Of a stretch of 62,000 bases of DNA, positions 26,304-38,333 are shown in pieces (the first letter of the stretch is position 1; each line of letters opens with the position of its first letter). The stretch is from contig JAXLNO010000571.1 of NCBI GenBank assembly GCA_038087875.1, positions 62,001-124,000 on the forward strand, in the 5' to 3' direction. The notes beneath the pieces are model-generated. The model did not search any database and was not told the DNA's origin. It saw only the letters and a list, made by a program, of their open reading frames with translations. The translations under genes and the position numbers were made by a program. Origin of the DNA: Malacoraja senta. Taxonomy: Eukaryota.

Positions 26304-29300
26304 ATTCTGTAAGGAATGCAGAAATAGATTCTTAGATCACTGGGATCTGTTTTGGGGTAAGGGGGAACTGTACAAAAGGGACGGATTGTATCTTAACAGC
26401 TGTGGGACCAGCATTCTGGCAGGCAGGTTTGCCACTGCTACACGGGTGGTTTTAAACTGAATAAGGGGGGTGGGGTGTCGAATGGGATAGTGGAGGATGG
26501 AGTTAAAGGGAAAGGGTTTCTTAAATGTGTGAGCGTAGAGACAGAGGGGTGTAAAATAAGGGTAGAAGCAATAGGTAGCAAGGTGAAAAGTAAAAGTGGC
26601 AGGCAGACAAAACCAGGGCAAAAATCAAAAAGGACCACTTTTCAACATAATTGTATAAGGGGTAAGAGTGTTGTAAAAACAAGCCTGAAGGCTTTGTGTC
26701 TCAATGCAAGGAGCATTCGTAATAAGGTGGATGAGTTGAATGTGCAGATAGCTAGTAATGACTATGATATAGTTGGGATCACGGAGACATGGCTCCAGGG
26801 TGACCAAGGCTGGGAGCTGAACATCCAGGGATATTCAATATTCAGGAGGGATAGAGAGAAAGGAAAAGGAGGTGGGGTAGCGTTGCTGATTAGAGAGGAG
26901 ATTAACGCAATGGAAAGGAAGGACATTAGTTTCGAGGATGTGGAATCGGTATGGGTAGAGCTGCGAAACACTAAGGGGCAGAAAACGCTGGTGGGTGTTG
27001 TGTACAGGCCACCTAACAGTAGTAGTGAAGTTGGAGATGGTATCAAACAGGAAATTAGAAATGCGTGCGACAAAGGCAAAACAGTTATAATGGGTGACTT
27101 CAATCTACATATAGACTGGGTGAATCAAATTGGCAGGGGTGCTGAGGAAGAGGATTTCTTGGAATGTATGCGGGATAGTTATCTAAATCAACATGTAGAG
27201 GAACCAAAGAGAGACCAGGCTATTTTAGACTGGGTATTGAGTAATGAGGAAGGGTTAGTTAGCAGTCTTGTTGTACGTGCCCCCTTGGGCAAGAGTGACG
27301 TTGTTAATTCAGAAACAATGGTTCTGAACTTAAAGAAAGGTAACTTTGAGGGTATGAGACGTGAATTGGCCAAGATTGACTGGCAATTAATTCTAAAAGG
27401 GTTGACGGTGGATATGCAATGGAAGACGTTTAAAGACTGCATGGATGAAGTACAAAAATTGTTCATCCCAGTTTGGCAAAAGAATAAATCAGGGAAGGTA
27501 GTGCATCCGTGGATAACAAGGGAAATCAGGGATGGTATCAAAGCAAAGGATGATGCGTACAAATTAGCCAGAAAAAGCAGCATACCGGAGGACTGGGAGA
27601 AATTCAGAGACCAGCAGAGGAGGACAAAGGGCTTAATTAGGAAAGGAAAAATAGATTATGAAAGAAAACTGGCAGGGAACATAAAAACTGACTGCAAAAG
27701 TTTTTATAGATATGTGAAGAGAAAGAGATTAGTTAAAACAAATGTAGGTCCCTTGCAGTCAGAAACAGGTGAGTTGATCATGGGGAACAAGGATATGGCG
27801 GACCAATTGAATAACTACTTTGGTCCCGTCTTCACTAAGGAAGACATAAATAATCTGCCGGAAATAGCAGGGGACCGCGGGTCAAAGGAGTTGGAGGAAT
27901 TGAGTGAAATCCAGGTTAGTCGGGAAGTGGTGTTGGGTAAATTGAATGGATTAAAGGCCGATAAATCCCCAGGGCCAGATAGGCTGCATCCCAGAGTACT
28001 TAAGGAAGTAGCTCCAGAAATAGTGGATGCATTAGTAATAATCTTTCAAAACTCTTTAGATTCTGGAGTAGTTCCTGAGGATTGGCGGGTAGCAAACGTA
28101 ACCCCACTTTTTAAGAAGGGAGGGAGAGAAAACGGGGAATTACAGACCAGTTAGTCTAACATCGGTAGTGGGGAAACTGCTAGAGTCAGTTATTAAAGAT
28201 GGGATAGCAGCACATTTGGAAAGTGGTGAAATCATTGGACAAAGTCAGCATGGATTTACGAAAGGTAAATCATGTCTGATGAATCTTATAGAATTTTTCG
28301 AGGATGTAACTAGTAGCGTGGATTGGGGAGAACCAGTGGATGTGGTGTATCTGGACTTCCAGAAGGCTTTCGACAAGGTCCCACATAAGAGATTAGTATA
28401 CAAACTTAATGCACATGGCATTGGGGGTTCAGTATTGATGTGGATAGAGAACTGGCTGGCAAACAGGAAGCAAAGAGTAGGAGTAAACGGGTCCTTTTCA
28501 CAATGGCAGGCAGTGACTAGTGGGGTACCGCAAGGCTCAGTGCTGGGACCCCAGCTATTTACAATATATATTAATGATCTGGATGAGGGAATTGAAGGCA
28601 ATATCTCCAAGTTTGCGGATGACACTAAGCTGGGGGGCAGTGTTAGCTGTGAGGAGGATGCTAGGAGACTGCAAGGTGACTTGGATAGGCTGGGTGAGTG
28701 GGCAAATGTTTGGCAGATGCAGTATAATGTGGATAAATGTGAAGTTATCCATTTTGGTGGCAAAAACAGGAAAGCAGACTATTATCTGAATGGTGGCCGA
28801 CTAGGAAAAGGGGAGATGCAACGAGACCTCGGTGTCATGGTACACCAGTCATTGAAAGTAGGCATGCAGGTGCAGCAGGCAGTGAAGAAAGCGAATGGTA
28901 TGTTAGCTTTCATAGCAAAAGGATTTGAGTATAGGAGCAGGGAGGTTCTACTGCAGTTGTACAGGGTCTTGGTGAGACCACACCTGGAGTATTGCGTACA
29001 GTTTTGGTCTCCAAATCTGAGGAAGGACATTATTGCCATAGAGGGAGTGCAGAGAAGGTTCACCAGACTGATTCCTGGGATGTCAGGACTGCCTTATGAA
29101 GAAGGACTGGATAGACTTGGTTTATACTCTCTAGAATTTAGGAGATTGAGAGGGGATCTTATAGAAACGTACAAAATTCTTAAGGGGTTGGACAGGCTAG
29201 ATGCAGGAAGATTGCTCCCGATGTTGGGGAAGTCCAGGACAAGGGGTCACAGCTTAAGGATAAGGGGGAAATCCTTTAAAACCGAGATGAGAACTTTTTT

Positions 29301-29545
29301 CACACAGAGAGTGGTGAATCTCTGGAACTGTCTGCCACAGAGGGTAGTCGAGGCTAGTTCATTGGCTATATTTAAGAGGGAGTTAGATGTGGCCCTTGTG
29401 GCTAAAGGGATCAGAGGGTATGGAGAGAAGGCAGGTACGGGATACTGAGTTGGATGATCAGCCATGATCATATTGAATGGCGGTGCAGGCTCGAAGGGCC
29501 GAATGGCCTACTCCTGCACCTAATTTCTATGTTTCTATGTTTCTA
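26304..29545 (+). mobile_element. CR1 LINE, copy 3: 5'-truncated with intact 3' end and (TTCTATGT)n tail
   Basis: ORFs 26475-28154 and 28168-29448, followed by a 3'UTR and microsatellite tail. Confidence 0.95.
26475..29448 (+). pseudogene. CR1 ORF2 (APE endonuclease + reverse transcriptase), with a frameshift near 28125 and a 39-bp in-frame APE deletion
   Basis: Two ORFs together cover ORF2, including FADDTK. Lesions were identified by comparison with the copy at 55664-58422. Confidence 0.9.
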
Positions 29546-30983
29546 TAACATTAATGAAGCAGAGAATCACCCGAGTGTTTATGACGATATGATCATCTTC
29601 TTGACTTTATCCTTTTATTATGGATTTATTTAATTGCTTGAAATTAATTTGCTTTGCTTCCCTATTGGGGATTCAAAATCTTGCCACGCCCCTGCATCTG
29701 CGGACTGGGATTCAGGGCACTAGTCCAATAATTTAGTCATTGTCTAATAATTGAACTACAATCCCAGTATTCAGTACATATCTATTTCAAAGGATAGCAT
29801 TCAGTCATACACTCATTTATGCTTCAGTCTCAGCTTCTGCATGAATATACTGTGCAAAGCTGATAAAATATGTACCTGCTATAACCTACATACCAGTACA
29901 TAATGCTTTGTGATGGACAGTCCAGAATAATTTGTTGACCAGACTATCATTTTGAATAGGGTATAAATGCAGAACTAAAGTTGTATATTTATACGCTGTG
30001 AAGAACAATGGAGGACCCGGCGTTGGGGAACCGCTGTCAGTGACATTGGGAGAACTAAGGGGGACCTGGTGTGGGGGAGGGGAGGGGCACTCTAGTTTTA
30101 GAATCCTCTGCCCAGGGGATATAAGCCTGCGTTTGTTTGTTCCAGTGAAGGTGCTGTGCACACAGCAGCCAGCCAACAGTCGCTTGTCTTTTTCCTTTTT
30201 TCACTTTTAATTTAATTTTAATTTCAAGTTTTTGTGTGTTATGACTGTTGGCAGACCAATTTCCCTCTGGGGATGAATAAAGTTCTATCATATATAAAAA
30301 TACAGAGTTAACATCCACATCTTGATATGTGATCAATGCCCTGCAGATGTTTTACTTGCATAGGTTGATTGAGGTCCGTGCCCCATTTCCCCATATTCTT
30401 TTCCATCCTGCAGATAGATGTAGCCATGGCAACTAGTCAAAGTTATAACAATCATCAATCATGAGAGGCATTAAAGTAGAATGTATACTGCCGTTTCTGT
30501 CTTTTATCTGTTGACCATGTTTTTTTTCCCTTGTGATCATGACCTCTCCTGAGCACAGAAAGTGCGTAAGACAGTTTAAGACAAGAGAAGGCTTATCACT
30601 TGCTTTGCCACCAGTAGCGGCATGGTCACTGAAAATATTAAAGTAAGGCTACATCTTTAATGAGATCTGATTTTTTTTTAAATCACATTTTTAATAGAAA
30701 TTGTTTCTTATCTATCATAACTCTTGAAATATATCAACATAAAATTAACAAGTGATCATGTAATAAAAAGTTAAGATGGAACAAAAATATTCAATTTTCA
30801 ATATTCAATTAATTTTCAACAGCTAAAAACTGAGTATAACACATGCCTTCAATAACCACCTTGTACATCTATAAGAATCACTTGTGGAATGCAGAAGGCA
30901 AATTAATTGGTCCCAAATGTCATTGAACATAACATTTAAATGTGATTTCATTTTTATGTATGACAACTTATATTGAAGTTATT

Positions 30984-31879
30984 AATAATTATGTAATTAA
31001 TAAATCCAAGAACAGATTAACGGTTGCATGTATCATAGCCAAACTAAATGTGTATTCTATGCAATTTATTGAAGATAGAATATGCAGTACCGTGGAGACA
31101 AAAAGATGATAAAATATTCACAATGGCCGATTTATAATAAGGACAGTTCATCAGATCCTAGTGTTTAAAACATTGAATGCTACACAACTGTTGATATTGA
31201 GCATAACAAATGAAGCCACAGATGATTTTTGGGCTGAGGAAATAAATGCAGTTTTCAATTATTCAAACTGTTCCGGTTGGAATGGTTTAACCTTTATTGT
31301 TAGAGATTAGATGAAAGTCTTCATTCTGTGTGAAGTGATTTCAAAATCTTCCTTCATTCTAACTCCCTGGAAGGAACTTGCCTACAATTCCTTTGGTCAT
31401 TCCTATGGCCTTCCTATATCTGACACGTGTCTGCCTAAAAGCACAGTGGGGCTGCTCTTTTCTCTTGATATTTTCCAATAATGCATAATATTTCCTTCTT
31501 TGATAGGAAGAGGCAATTACAGAATGGCACTCCCAACTTTGATCCTAAACTGTGCTTCCCGACCCAACCACGATGCAAATAACCTAAAAGGATACGACAC
31601 GAGGAAGAACCAGACAGAAGGACCCAGGTCTACCCGTCCAAAATTCCATTAACCTTTATTGATTCCTTCAGTCCACATTAAGATTTTGAACCTGTTTCAA
31701 TGGATTCTGATGAACTGTCCTTACTATAAATCGGCCATTGTGAATATTTTATCATATTTTTGTCTCCATGGTACTGCATATTCTATCTTCAATATATTGC
31801 ATAGAATACACATTTCGTTTGGTTATGATCCATGCCACCAAGTTAATCTGCTCTTGGATTTATAAATTACATAATTATT
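30984..31879. repeat. Long inverted repeat: ~172-bp arms (30984-31155, 31706-31879) around a ~550-bp spacer
   Basis: By eye, about 10 substitutions and one 2-bp indel between the arms. Confidence 0.9.
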
Positions 31880-32657
31880 TTAGCTTTTTAAACTTTAGCT
31901 CTCACTTTCAATGCCTTTCTTTACTCTTCAAGATGGCTTTAAAGGGAATCTGTATTCTGCTATTTAGTATATCACTTAGCCCATTCTGTAACCCCATTGA
32001 AAATTATACAGTGTCATGGGTGCCAGTTAGAGAGAATCCAAAAAGAATTTTTAATCCCTCTCTCTCAGTAACTAAAATAGAACTAAACTGCATTTAGTGA
32101 ATGGCAAATCTACACTGCACTTCAGTGTAGCAACCAAATGCAATCAGCGTCATGGCATAAAATATGAGGTCTTTATGGCTCTATGCCAGAGGATAGCACC
32201 TCTAGAAGAGAAGAGTCTAACATGCAATACATTACACTGCATGTCAATGGCACATGTTACGACCCAGAGCAGACAGGCCCTGGAGGCCAAGACTCGTGCT
32301 AATTTCTCCAAACCACTGGCTTTGAAGAAACCAGGTAACGTAAAAGTACCACATGTAATTCATTTCCTAAACCCCTTTTTGTTTGAAAAGTTGCATTAAT
32401 TAAAGACGCATTATTAAACTGTGATTTGATTACACTGCAAAAGTCCTATCAGTTGTGATCTATAGATTAGCAGAAAAAACAATCTCCGACTCGGAAACAA
32501 TTGTTCCTCTATTTAGACATCATAAAAAGAGAGATGAAGATGTAATAATCTACATTTTTACAAAACAATATCAATTATTGTTGGCCCCAAAAAAAGTCTG
32601 TGAAATTGCTGAACATTTTTAACCAAACCCCAATTATTAATAATAAAACGTAATATT

Positions 32658-34195
32658 CAAATTCAGTAGTCAAGAGTGTTTTATTGTCATATGTCCTGAA
32701 AAAAAAAGAAAAAGTTCAATAAATAACAAATATAGTGCAATAATAATATAGTCGTTTGCAGTTCAGAGCAAAGAGCTCTAGGAACCTATTTGTTGTTGTG
32801 TTTGATAGCCTAATGACTGTAGGGAAGAAGCTGTCCCTAAACCTGGACGTTACAGTTTTCAGGCTCCTGTACCTTCTTCCTGATGGCAATGGTGAAATGA
32901 GTGTGTGGCCAGGATGGTGTGTGTCTTTGATGATTTTGGCTGCCTTTTTGAGACAGCGACTATGATAGATCCCTTCGACGGTGGGGAGGTCAAAGTCGGT
33001 GATGGACTGGGCAGTGGTCACAACTTTTTGTAGTCTTTTTCGCTCCTGGACGTTCAAGTTGCCGAACCGGGCCACGATGCAACCAGTCAGAATGCTCTCT
33101 ACCATGCACCTGTAGAAGTTTAGGAGAATCCTCTTCGACATGCCGAATCTCCGTAATCTTCTCAGGAAGTAGAGTTGCTGATGTGCCTTCTTTATAATTG
33201 CATTGGTGTGCTGGGTCCAGGAAAGATCTTCGGAAATATGCACGCCCAGGAATTTGAAGTTTTTTACCCTCTCCACCATCGTCCCATTGATGTGGATAGG
33301 ATTGTGGGTCCTCATCCTTCCCCTACTAAAGTCCACAATCAGTTCCTTGGTCTTACTGATGTTGAAAGCCAGGTTGTTGTGCTGGCACCATTTGGTCAGT
33401 CGGTCAATCTCACTTCTATACTCTTACTCGTCCCCATCTGTGATTCGTCCCACAACAGTGGTGTTGTCAGCGAACTTGAAGATGGAGTTCGCACTATGTC
33501 CGGCTGCACAGTCATGAGTATAGAGTGAGTAGAGCAGGGGGCCTTGAGGTGCTCCTGTACTGATTATCACTGAGGATGAAGTGTTTCTGCCAATTCAAAC
33601 CGACTGTGGTCTGTGGATGAGGAAGTCGAGGATCCAATTGCAGAGGGATTCGCAGAGACCCAGTTCCGTGAGCATGGTAACCAGCTTTTTTTTTTTTTTT
33701 TTAATCAAAAAATTTATTCAATTATTAAAAATAATATTTACACTAGAATAAAACAAGCCAGAACCCACCAGCATAATACAATATAAACATATATCCATAA
33801 TAAACTACAATACAACTATGTTACAATCCTCATTGAGGATACATTCAACACCCAGCGGAGCCCAGCGGTCCCGGAACTCCCCCAGGGTGCCCGTGGACAG
33901 GGCGTATTCCCTTTCTAACCTCACCCGGGCACGGATGTAACCCCGGAAAAGGGGCAGGCAGCCAGCTCGGGTAGAGCCCTCCACCGCCTGGCACCTTGAC
34001 CAGCTTGGCCAGGCCCAGGAGCAACCCAACCAGGACATCTTCAGCCCTACCCTCTCCCCTACGCACAGGGTGTCCAAAGATGAGGATGGTGGGTGAAAAA
34101 TGCAGCCAAAAGGCAAGGATGGTAACCAGCTTGGAAGGGATGATGGTATTAAACGCCGAGCTGTAGTCTATAAACAACAGCCTGACGTAAGTGTT
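32658..34195 (-). mobile_element. Rex1/Babar-type LINE 3' portion
   Basis: FIDYSSAFNTIIPSKL and VERVKNFKFLGVHISEDLSW...LYFLRRLRRFG...LPSGRRYRS motifs. Confidence 0.85.
33688..34118 (-). mobile_element. Tx1/L1-clade LINE 3' fragment with poly(A), nested in Rex1
   Basis: Poly-T at ~33686-33702 and minus-strand AATAAA. 14-bp TSD ATGGTAACCAGCTT at 33674-33687 and 34119-34132. Peptide HFSPTILIFGHPV...FRDRWAP. Confidence 0.8.
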
Positions 34196-35469
34196 TTTTT
34201 CTCTTATTTAGGTATTTCTCTTATTTGGTATATCTCTTGGCCCATTCCGCAACACTGAGGATTATTCATTGGACTCACATATTCCAAGGAGCCAATTAAA
34301 GAGGATGGGATTTATGGGAAAAAATGGCTTGCAGAAAAAAATGCCCAGTGGAAAAACATTCTGAGTGGGTGGGGCGGGGTGATGGGGTGAGGTGCAGAAA
34401 TTACAACATGTATGGTAAAATAAAGTCTCACTTATGGATAGGCTGACAGTAGATTGCATGCACCGTGGAAATATCTTCTTGGGTGTTGGGAGGTTTAGGT
34501 GACATTGGGTAATATTACAGCATGAATATTCATCACCTTTGCACTTACAAAACTGCAACACAGACATCTCTCCCGACTAAAGCTTTCTGCTTAATAATGA
34601 ATCGCATCATGCGTCACTGAGCTTACCGACAGAAGGCATAAAGACCACTGGCCATGGCTAATTTAACAGACCTTCCTTGGGCAGGGTCCAGAAATGCACA
34701 GGGTTTTTGTTATTAATCATTTTACGATACATATTTGTATGTGAGCAATGGCGGAGGACCAGAGCAGCTATCATCAATAATTAACAACAACTTGCATTCA
34801 ATGTAGTAAATCATCACAAAGCTCTTTCGCGAGCTACTGTTTCCATTGTCAAAGCCCCACTTCGTCAGGGAGTAATGGAAGAAGAAAAGAAAATATAAAA
34901 TAAACTTTATCAAATGTATAAGATGTGTCATTAAAAACCTGTATCCACAATGAAATGATCTTGCAAAGTAACCCCCAAATATTAGTTATCTAGCAAGTTA
35001 ATAATTTAAAACTCATCAGAACTGACCAGTTATGATTAACGGTTGTTGACAAATGCAAAACAAGTAGTCTGCACACCCGCTCCCAGTTATTAGTGGAAGG
35101 TAGCCATTAGATTTCCCAGTTTTTTTGCATCAAATGTTGGGAGATTTAAACAGGAGACACTTTGCAGCAGTGGCTGCTTAATCACAATTTCATTTTTCTG
35201 AAAAACCAATAAATTGTTTGGCATTAACATAACACAAGAGTACCAATTGTGTGGATTTTTTTACTATTGTTTTATTGAGTATTTGTATGCCAAGGTGTAT
35301 GCCGATTCCAATCTTGATCAACAATGAGAATATTCAGTCTATTCGCTGAAGAGCATGATCACTACCACTCAATTCAACCTTCCCCAGCAGTTAAAGGCAT
35401 GCATTTCTGCCACCTCCTGGAATGAACTTTATTCTTTCAGAGGTGTTAGCCATGAAGATAGTCAAGATT

Positions 35470-36200
35470 AGGAGGAGGGAGGGTGAAAGAGAAGATGAAA
35501 AAAGGGAAAGAGGAAGGAGAAAGGATGAGGGGGGGAATGGTAATGTTGATGGAGGAGGGGTAGAGGGGAGAGCATATGAAGGAGAGGAGATGAAGGGAGA
35601 ATGATGATAGAGGGAGGAGGGAAGAGTGTATGGGTCAAGGAAGGACAGGGAAAAAAGATTTAGAGGGAAGAAAACAAAGGGAGAAGGAGAGGGTGAAAGG
35701 GAGGAGCAGATAAAGGAAAGGAGGGAGTGGAAAAGGATAGGAAGGAGGTGAGAGGAAGAGGAAGGAAGAATGGATGAAGGAAAAATAAGTAGGAGGGTGG
35801 AAGAAGGGGAAAGTAGTGAAAAACAGGTTTAGGGAGGAAGGAGTAATGGAAAGGAGCAGAGGGGTAGAAAAGATGGGAGAGACTTGGAGGTGACAGGGAG
35901 GAGAACATGGGAATGGCAAGGGGCTAGGGTGGGACAGGAGGCTGAAGGCGTGGGGAGAAAAGATGGAAGGGAGAGGAGGAACAAGAAGGGAGGGATAGGG
36001 ATAGGAGAAAGGTGGGATAACACGGCAATGGAGGGGAGGGGAGGAGAGGGGGGAGAAGTGAAAAGAGAAAAAGTGTATATAGACAGGAAAGGGGATATGG
36101 GGAGAGGTGGTGAGGGAGGATGTGAAGGGAAACTGTGGGGTTAGGAGAGTGGGTGGGATTGTGTGAGAGCCAGGGTGAAGGATAAGGATGTATAATAAGA
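35470..36200 (+). repeat. Purine-rich (GA) low-complexity tract
   Basis: Strong G/A strand bias. Confidence 0.85.
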
Positions 36201-36879
36201 AAGGAAGTTCGCTGAGAATATCAGAAGAATATATAATATGTGCGATTTAGATGTTAGCAAAACTGAGGAAGTCGACCGGTGCCGAGTCTCTAAGCACCCC
36301 GCATAACTCCAGGTAGGAGATGGGGTGAAAACCCGAGATTTCGGTTAGTAATTGACCTAATCAGCGCGGAAACAAACCCCTTCAGCCCAATTCTCCCTTG
36401 CACACCGTTGCCTAACCGATCTGGTCCCGTTGCCTGCGCCCATTCCCCTTAGCGAGAGGGTTAAATCTATCGTCCACAAACCATTGTATCGTTGGTGTAA
36501 TCTCCAGAGAAAGTGTACAGAATTGTCCGGAGATTCTTCATGTCATTCAGGTTGGCTTCGCCCTCTTGCCCTTGTGGCCAGCGTGTGTGTGTGTGGGGCC
36601 ATGGACAAGTTAGCAGGATGGATGAAGCTTTGCGCCGACAATGAAATAATGTCCAGGGCTTCGACAAGTCCCTCGCGATGTTGTCACTAGGGTGCAAGGA
36701 AGGCGAGCGGTCCTCGCCCTGAGATGCACAAAGTGTCCACGGCGCCGGGAGTCAGACAACTAGGCGGCCCCGTCATTCACTCACCTTGTTCAGCACCAAA
36801 GTCCCACACGGAACTCATCCGGAGAATGGCGGGCGGCATTGGCGCCACATCCCCCCGCAATGTGGCGGACAGGACAGTT

Positions 36880-37222
36880 CACCACCCGAGGCAGGACTGC
36901 TACTGTCCGGGGCCGGGGGGGTGTGGGGTTGGGGGGCCGGTGTGGGGTTGGGGGGGCCGGTGTGGGGTTGGGGGGGCCGGTGTGGGGTTGGGGGGGCCGG
37001 TGTGGGGTTGGGGGGGCCGGTGTGGGGTTGGGGGGGCCGGTGTGGGGGGTCTCCGGGTAGATCACCACCCGAGGCAGGACTGCTACTGTCCGGGGCCGGG
37101 GGCCGGTGTGGGGTTGGGGGGGGGGGGGGGTCTCCGGGTAGATCACCACCCGAGGCAGGACTGCTACTGTCCGGGGCCGGGGGCCGGTGTGGGGTTGGGG
37201 GGGGGGGGTCTCCGGGCAGATC
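36880..37222 (+). repeat. G-rich compound minisatellite (20-bp GGTGTGGGGTTGGGGGGGCC units nested in three longer CACCACCCGAGGCAGGACTGCTACTGTCCGGGGCC units)
   Basis: Direct repeats read from the sequence. Confidence 0.95.
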
Positions 37223-37491
37223 TCTCCCGCCGCTTTGTGGCCGGCGCCAGGTGGGAGAGGGGCCGACATGACCCAGACACCCCCCACCCCACAACTGAAC
37301 GCCGCCCGCGGGCAACGGAGCCCGTCTGAAGCCGACCTCATCTGACCCTTGCCATCCCCATGCCTCTCACACATGGTAGCGGGCAAGGTGGTAGGTTTGA
37401 TGTGTCCCCTCCTGCCCCGCCATCCCCACCTCTCCACTCCGGACCCCACCGCCTTTAACCCCCCGGGGTTAGACCAGCCCCTCGCCCTTAC

Positions 37492-37677
37492 CTGACAGCG
37501 CTGACCGGTGAACCCGGGCCGGCAAGTGCAGTTGTAGGACGCCGCCTGCCCTTGGAAAGTTAGACAAGTGCCGTTGTTGAGGCAGGGCCGGCCGGAGCAC
37601 GGGTTGAGCGGGGCGGCGGTGGTGGTGGCGGCAGCCAGGAGAGCCACGGTGCTCAGGAGCATCAGGGGAGCCGGCAT
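37492..37677 (-). CDS. DNER: First coding exon (62 aa: signal peptide + EGF domain) of a Delta/Notch-like EGF-repeat receptor gene, probably DNER
   Basis: ATG at 37677 with A at -3. Translation MPAPLMLLSTVALLAAATTTAAPLNPCSGRPCLNNGTCLTFQGQAASYNCTCRPGFTGQRCQ has a hydrophobic leader and a 6-Cys EGF pattern. It ends at a CAG|GTAAGG donor in phase 0. From memory, human DNER begins MQPRR and its first EGF ends ...YSCTCPAGISGANCQ; here an in-frame upstream LQPRR precedes the ATG. The gene identity is recalled, not searched. Confidence 0.75.
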
Positions 37678-38146
37678 CGTGCTCAGTCGCCGGGGCTGCA
37701 GCGCGGTCGGGGTCGGGGCTGGGCTCGATGACTGTCCCTCTCCCCCTCTCTCTGCAAGGCTGCTGACCGACAGAGGGACCGGCGCTGCGGGCTGGAGGAG
37801 CGGTAACCACTGACGAGCCGTCGGCGAGAAGCTGAATGCTGACAGGTTCCTGCACTCTCTCACATCCAGCCCGCGTTGCTATGATCTGGGGCTATTTTTA
37901 CCCTGAAGGGCTGGTGCGATGTGAAGGACTGTGCCGAGTACAGCAACACTCAGTGTCTGCTCGGTACCAGTGAGCAGAGGATTGCAGCAAGTTACAGGAG
38001 CGGGGAGGCGGAGACCAGGCAATTCCACAATGAATAAAGCTTCCTCTCGCTTTTTCCTCGATTATTTAAAACCTTTCGCACGGCCCGCCCCCCGACACTG
38101 ACCCAGATTATCATCGTTCGCAGTCACATTGACGTACGACATTGAG

Positions 38147-38333
38147 ACCTCCTCTCCTCCTCTCCCCTCCCCTCTCCCTCCCCCCCTCTCCTCTCCCTCC
38201 CCCTCTCTCTCCTCTCTTCTCCTCTCTTCCCCCCTCTCCCCCCTCTCTCCCCTCTCTCCCCTCTCTCCCCTCTCTCCCCCCTCTCTCCCCTCTCTCCCCC
38301 TCTCTCCCCCTCTCTCCCCCTCTCCCCCTCTCC
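38147..38333 (+). repeat. Polypyrimidine (CT-rich) tract
   Basis: Run made only of C and T. Confidence 0.95.

Larger units (their letters stand above)
18192..28859 (+). repeat. Tandem triplication, unit 3552 bp (~1 kb non-LINE segment with an old CR1 fragment + ~2.5 kb young CR1)
   Basis: Units start at 18192, 21744 and 25296, and the ORFs recur at exact 3552-bp offsets. Junction ...TTGAAAGT|CTAACATTAAAGAGG has a GT microhomology. Confidence 0.97.
36700..38140. promoter_or_regulatory. CpG island / promoter and 5' region of the EGF gene
   Basis: Marked GC and CpG enrichment against AT-rich flanks. GC-box-like motifs (GGGGAGGCGGAG ~38002, GCCCGCCCCC ~38083), TGACGT at ~38130, and minus-strand TAAAAATAG at ~37892-37900 (TATA/MEF2-like). 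The transcription start is not determinable. Confidence 0.65.

Noticed and set aside
34262..34567. Cys-rich 101-aa ORF as an EGF exon
   Set aside because: The Cys spacing does not fit EGF and there is no other support.
36789..36815. REST/RE1 site (TTCAGCACC)
   Set aside because: Only the left half-site matches; there is no GGACAG right half at a suitable spacing.
1..37491. Second exon (next EGF domain) of the gene
   Set aside because: I found no EGF-like exon with splice sites by eye. It probably lies outside the window, though a short exon could be missed.
36790..37863. 357-aa ORF as a complete single-exon gene
   Set aside because: After the EGF domain it runs through a consensus GTAAG donor into a C-rich minisatellite giving Pro repeats. 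Only 37492-37677 is credible.
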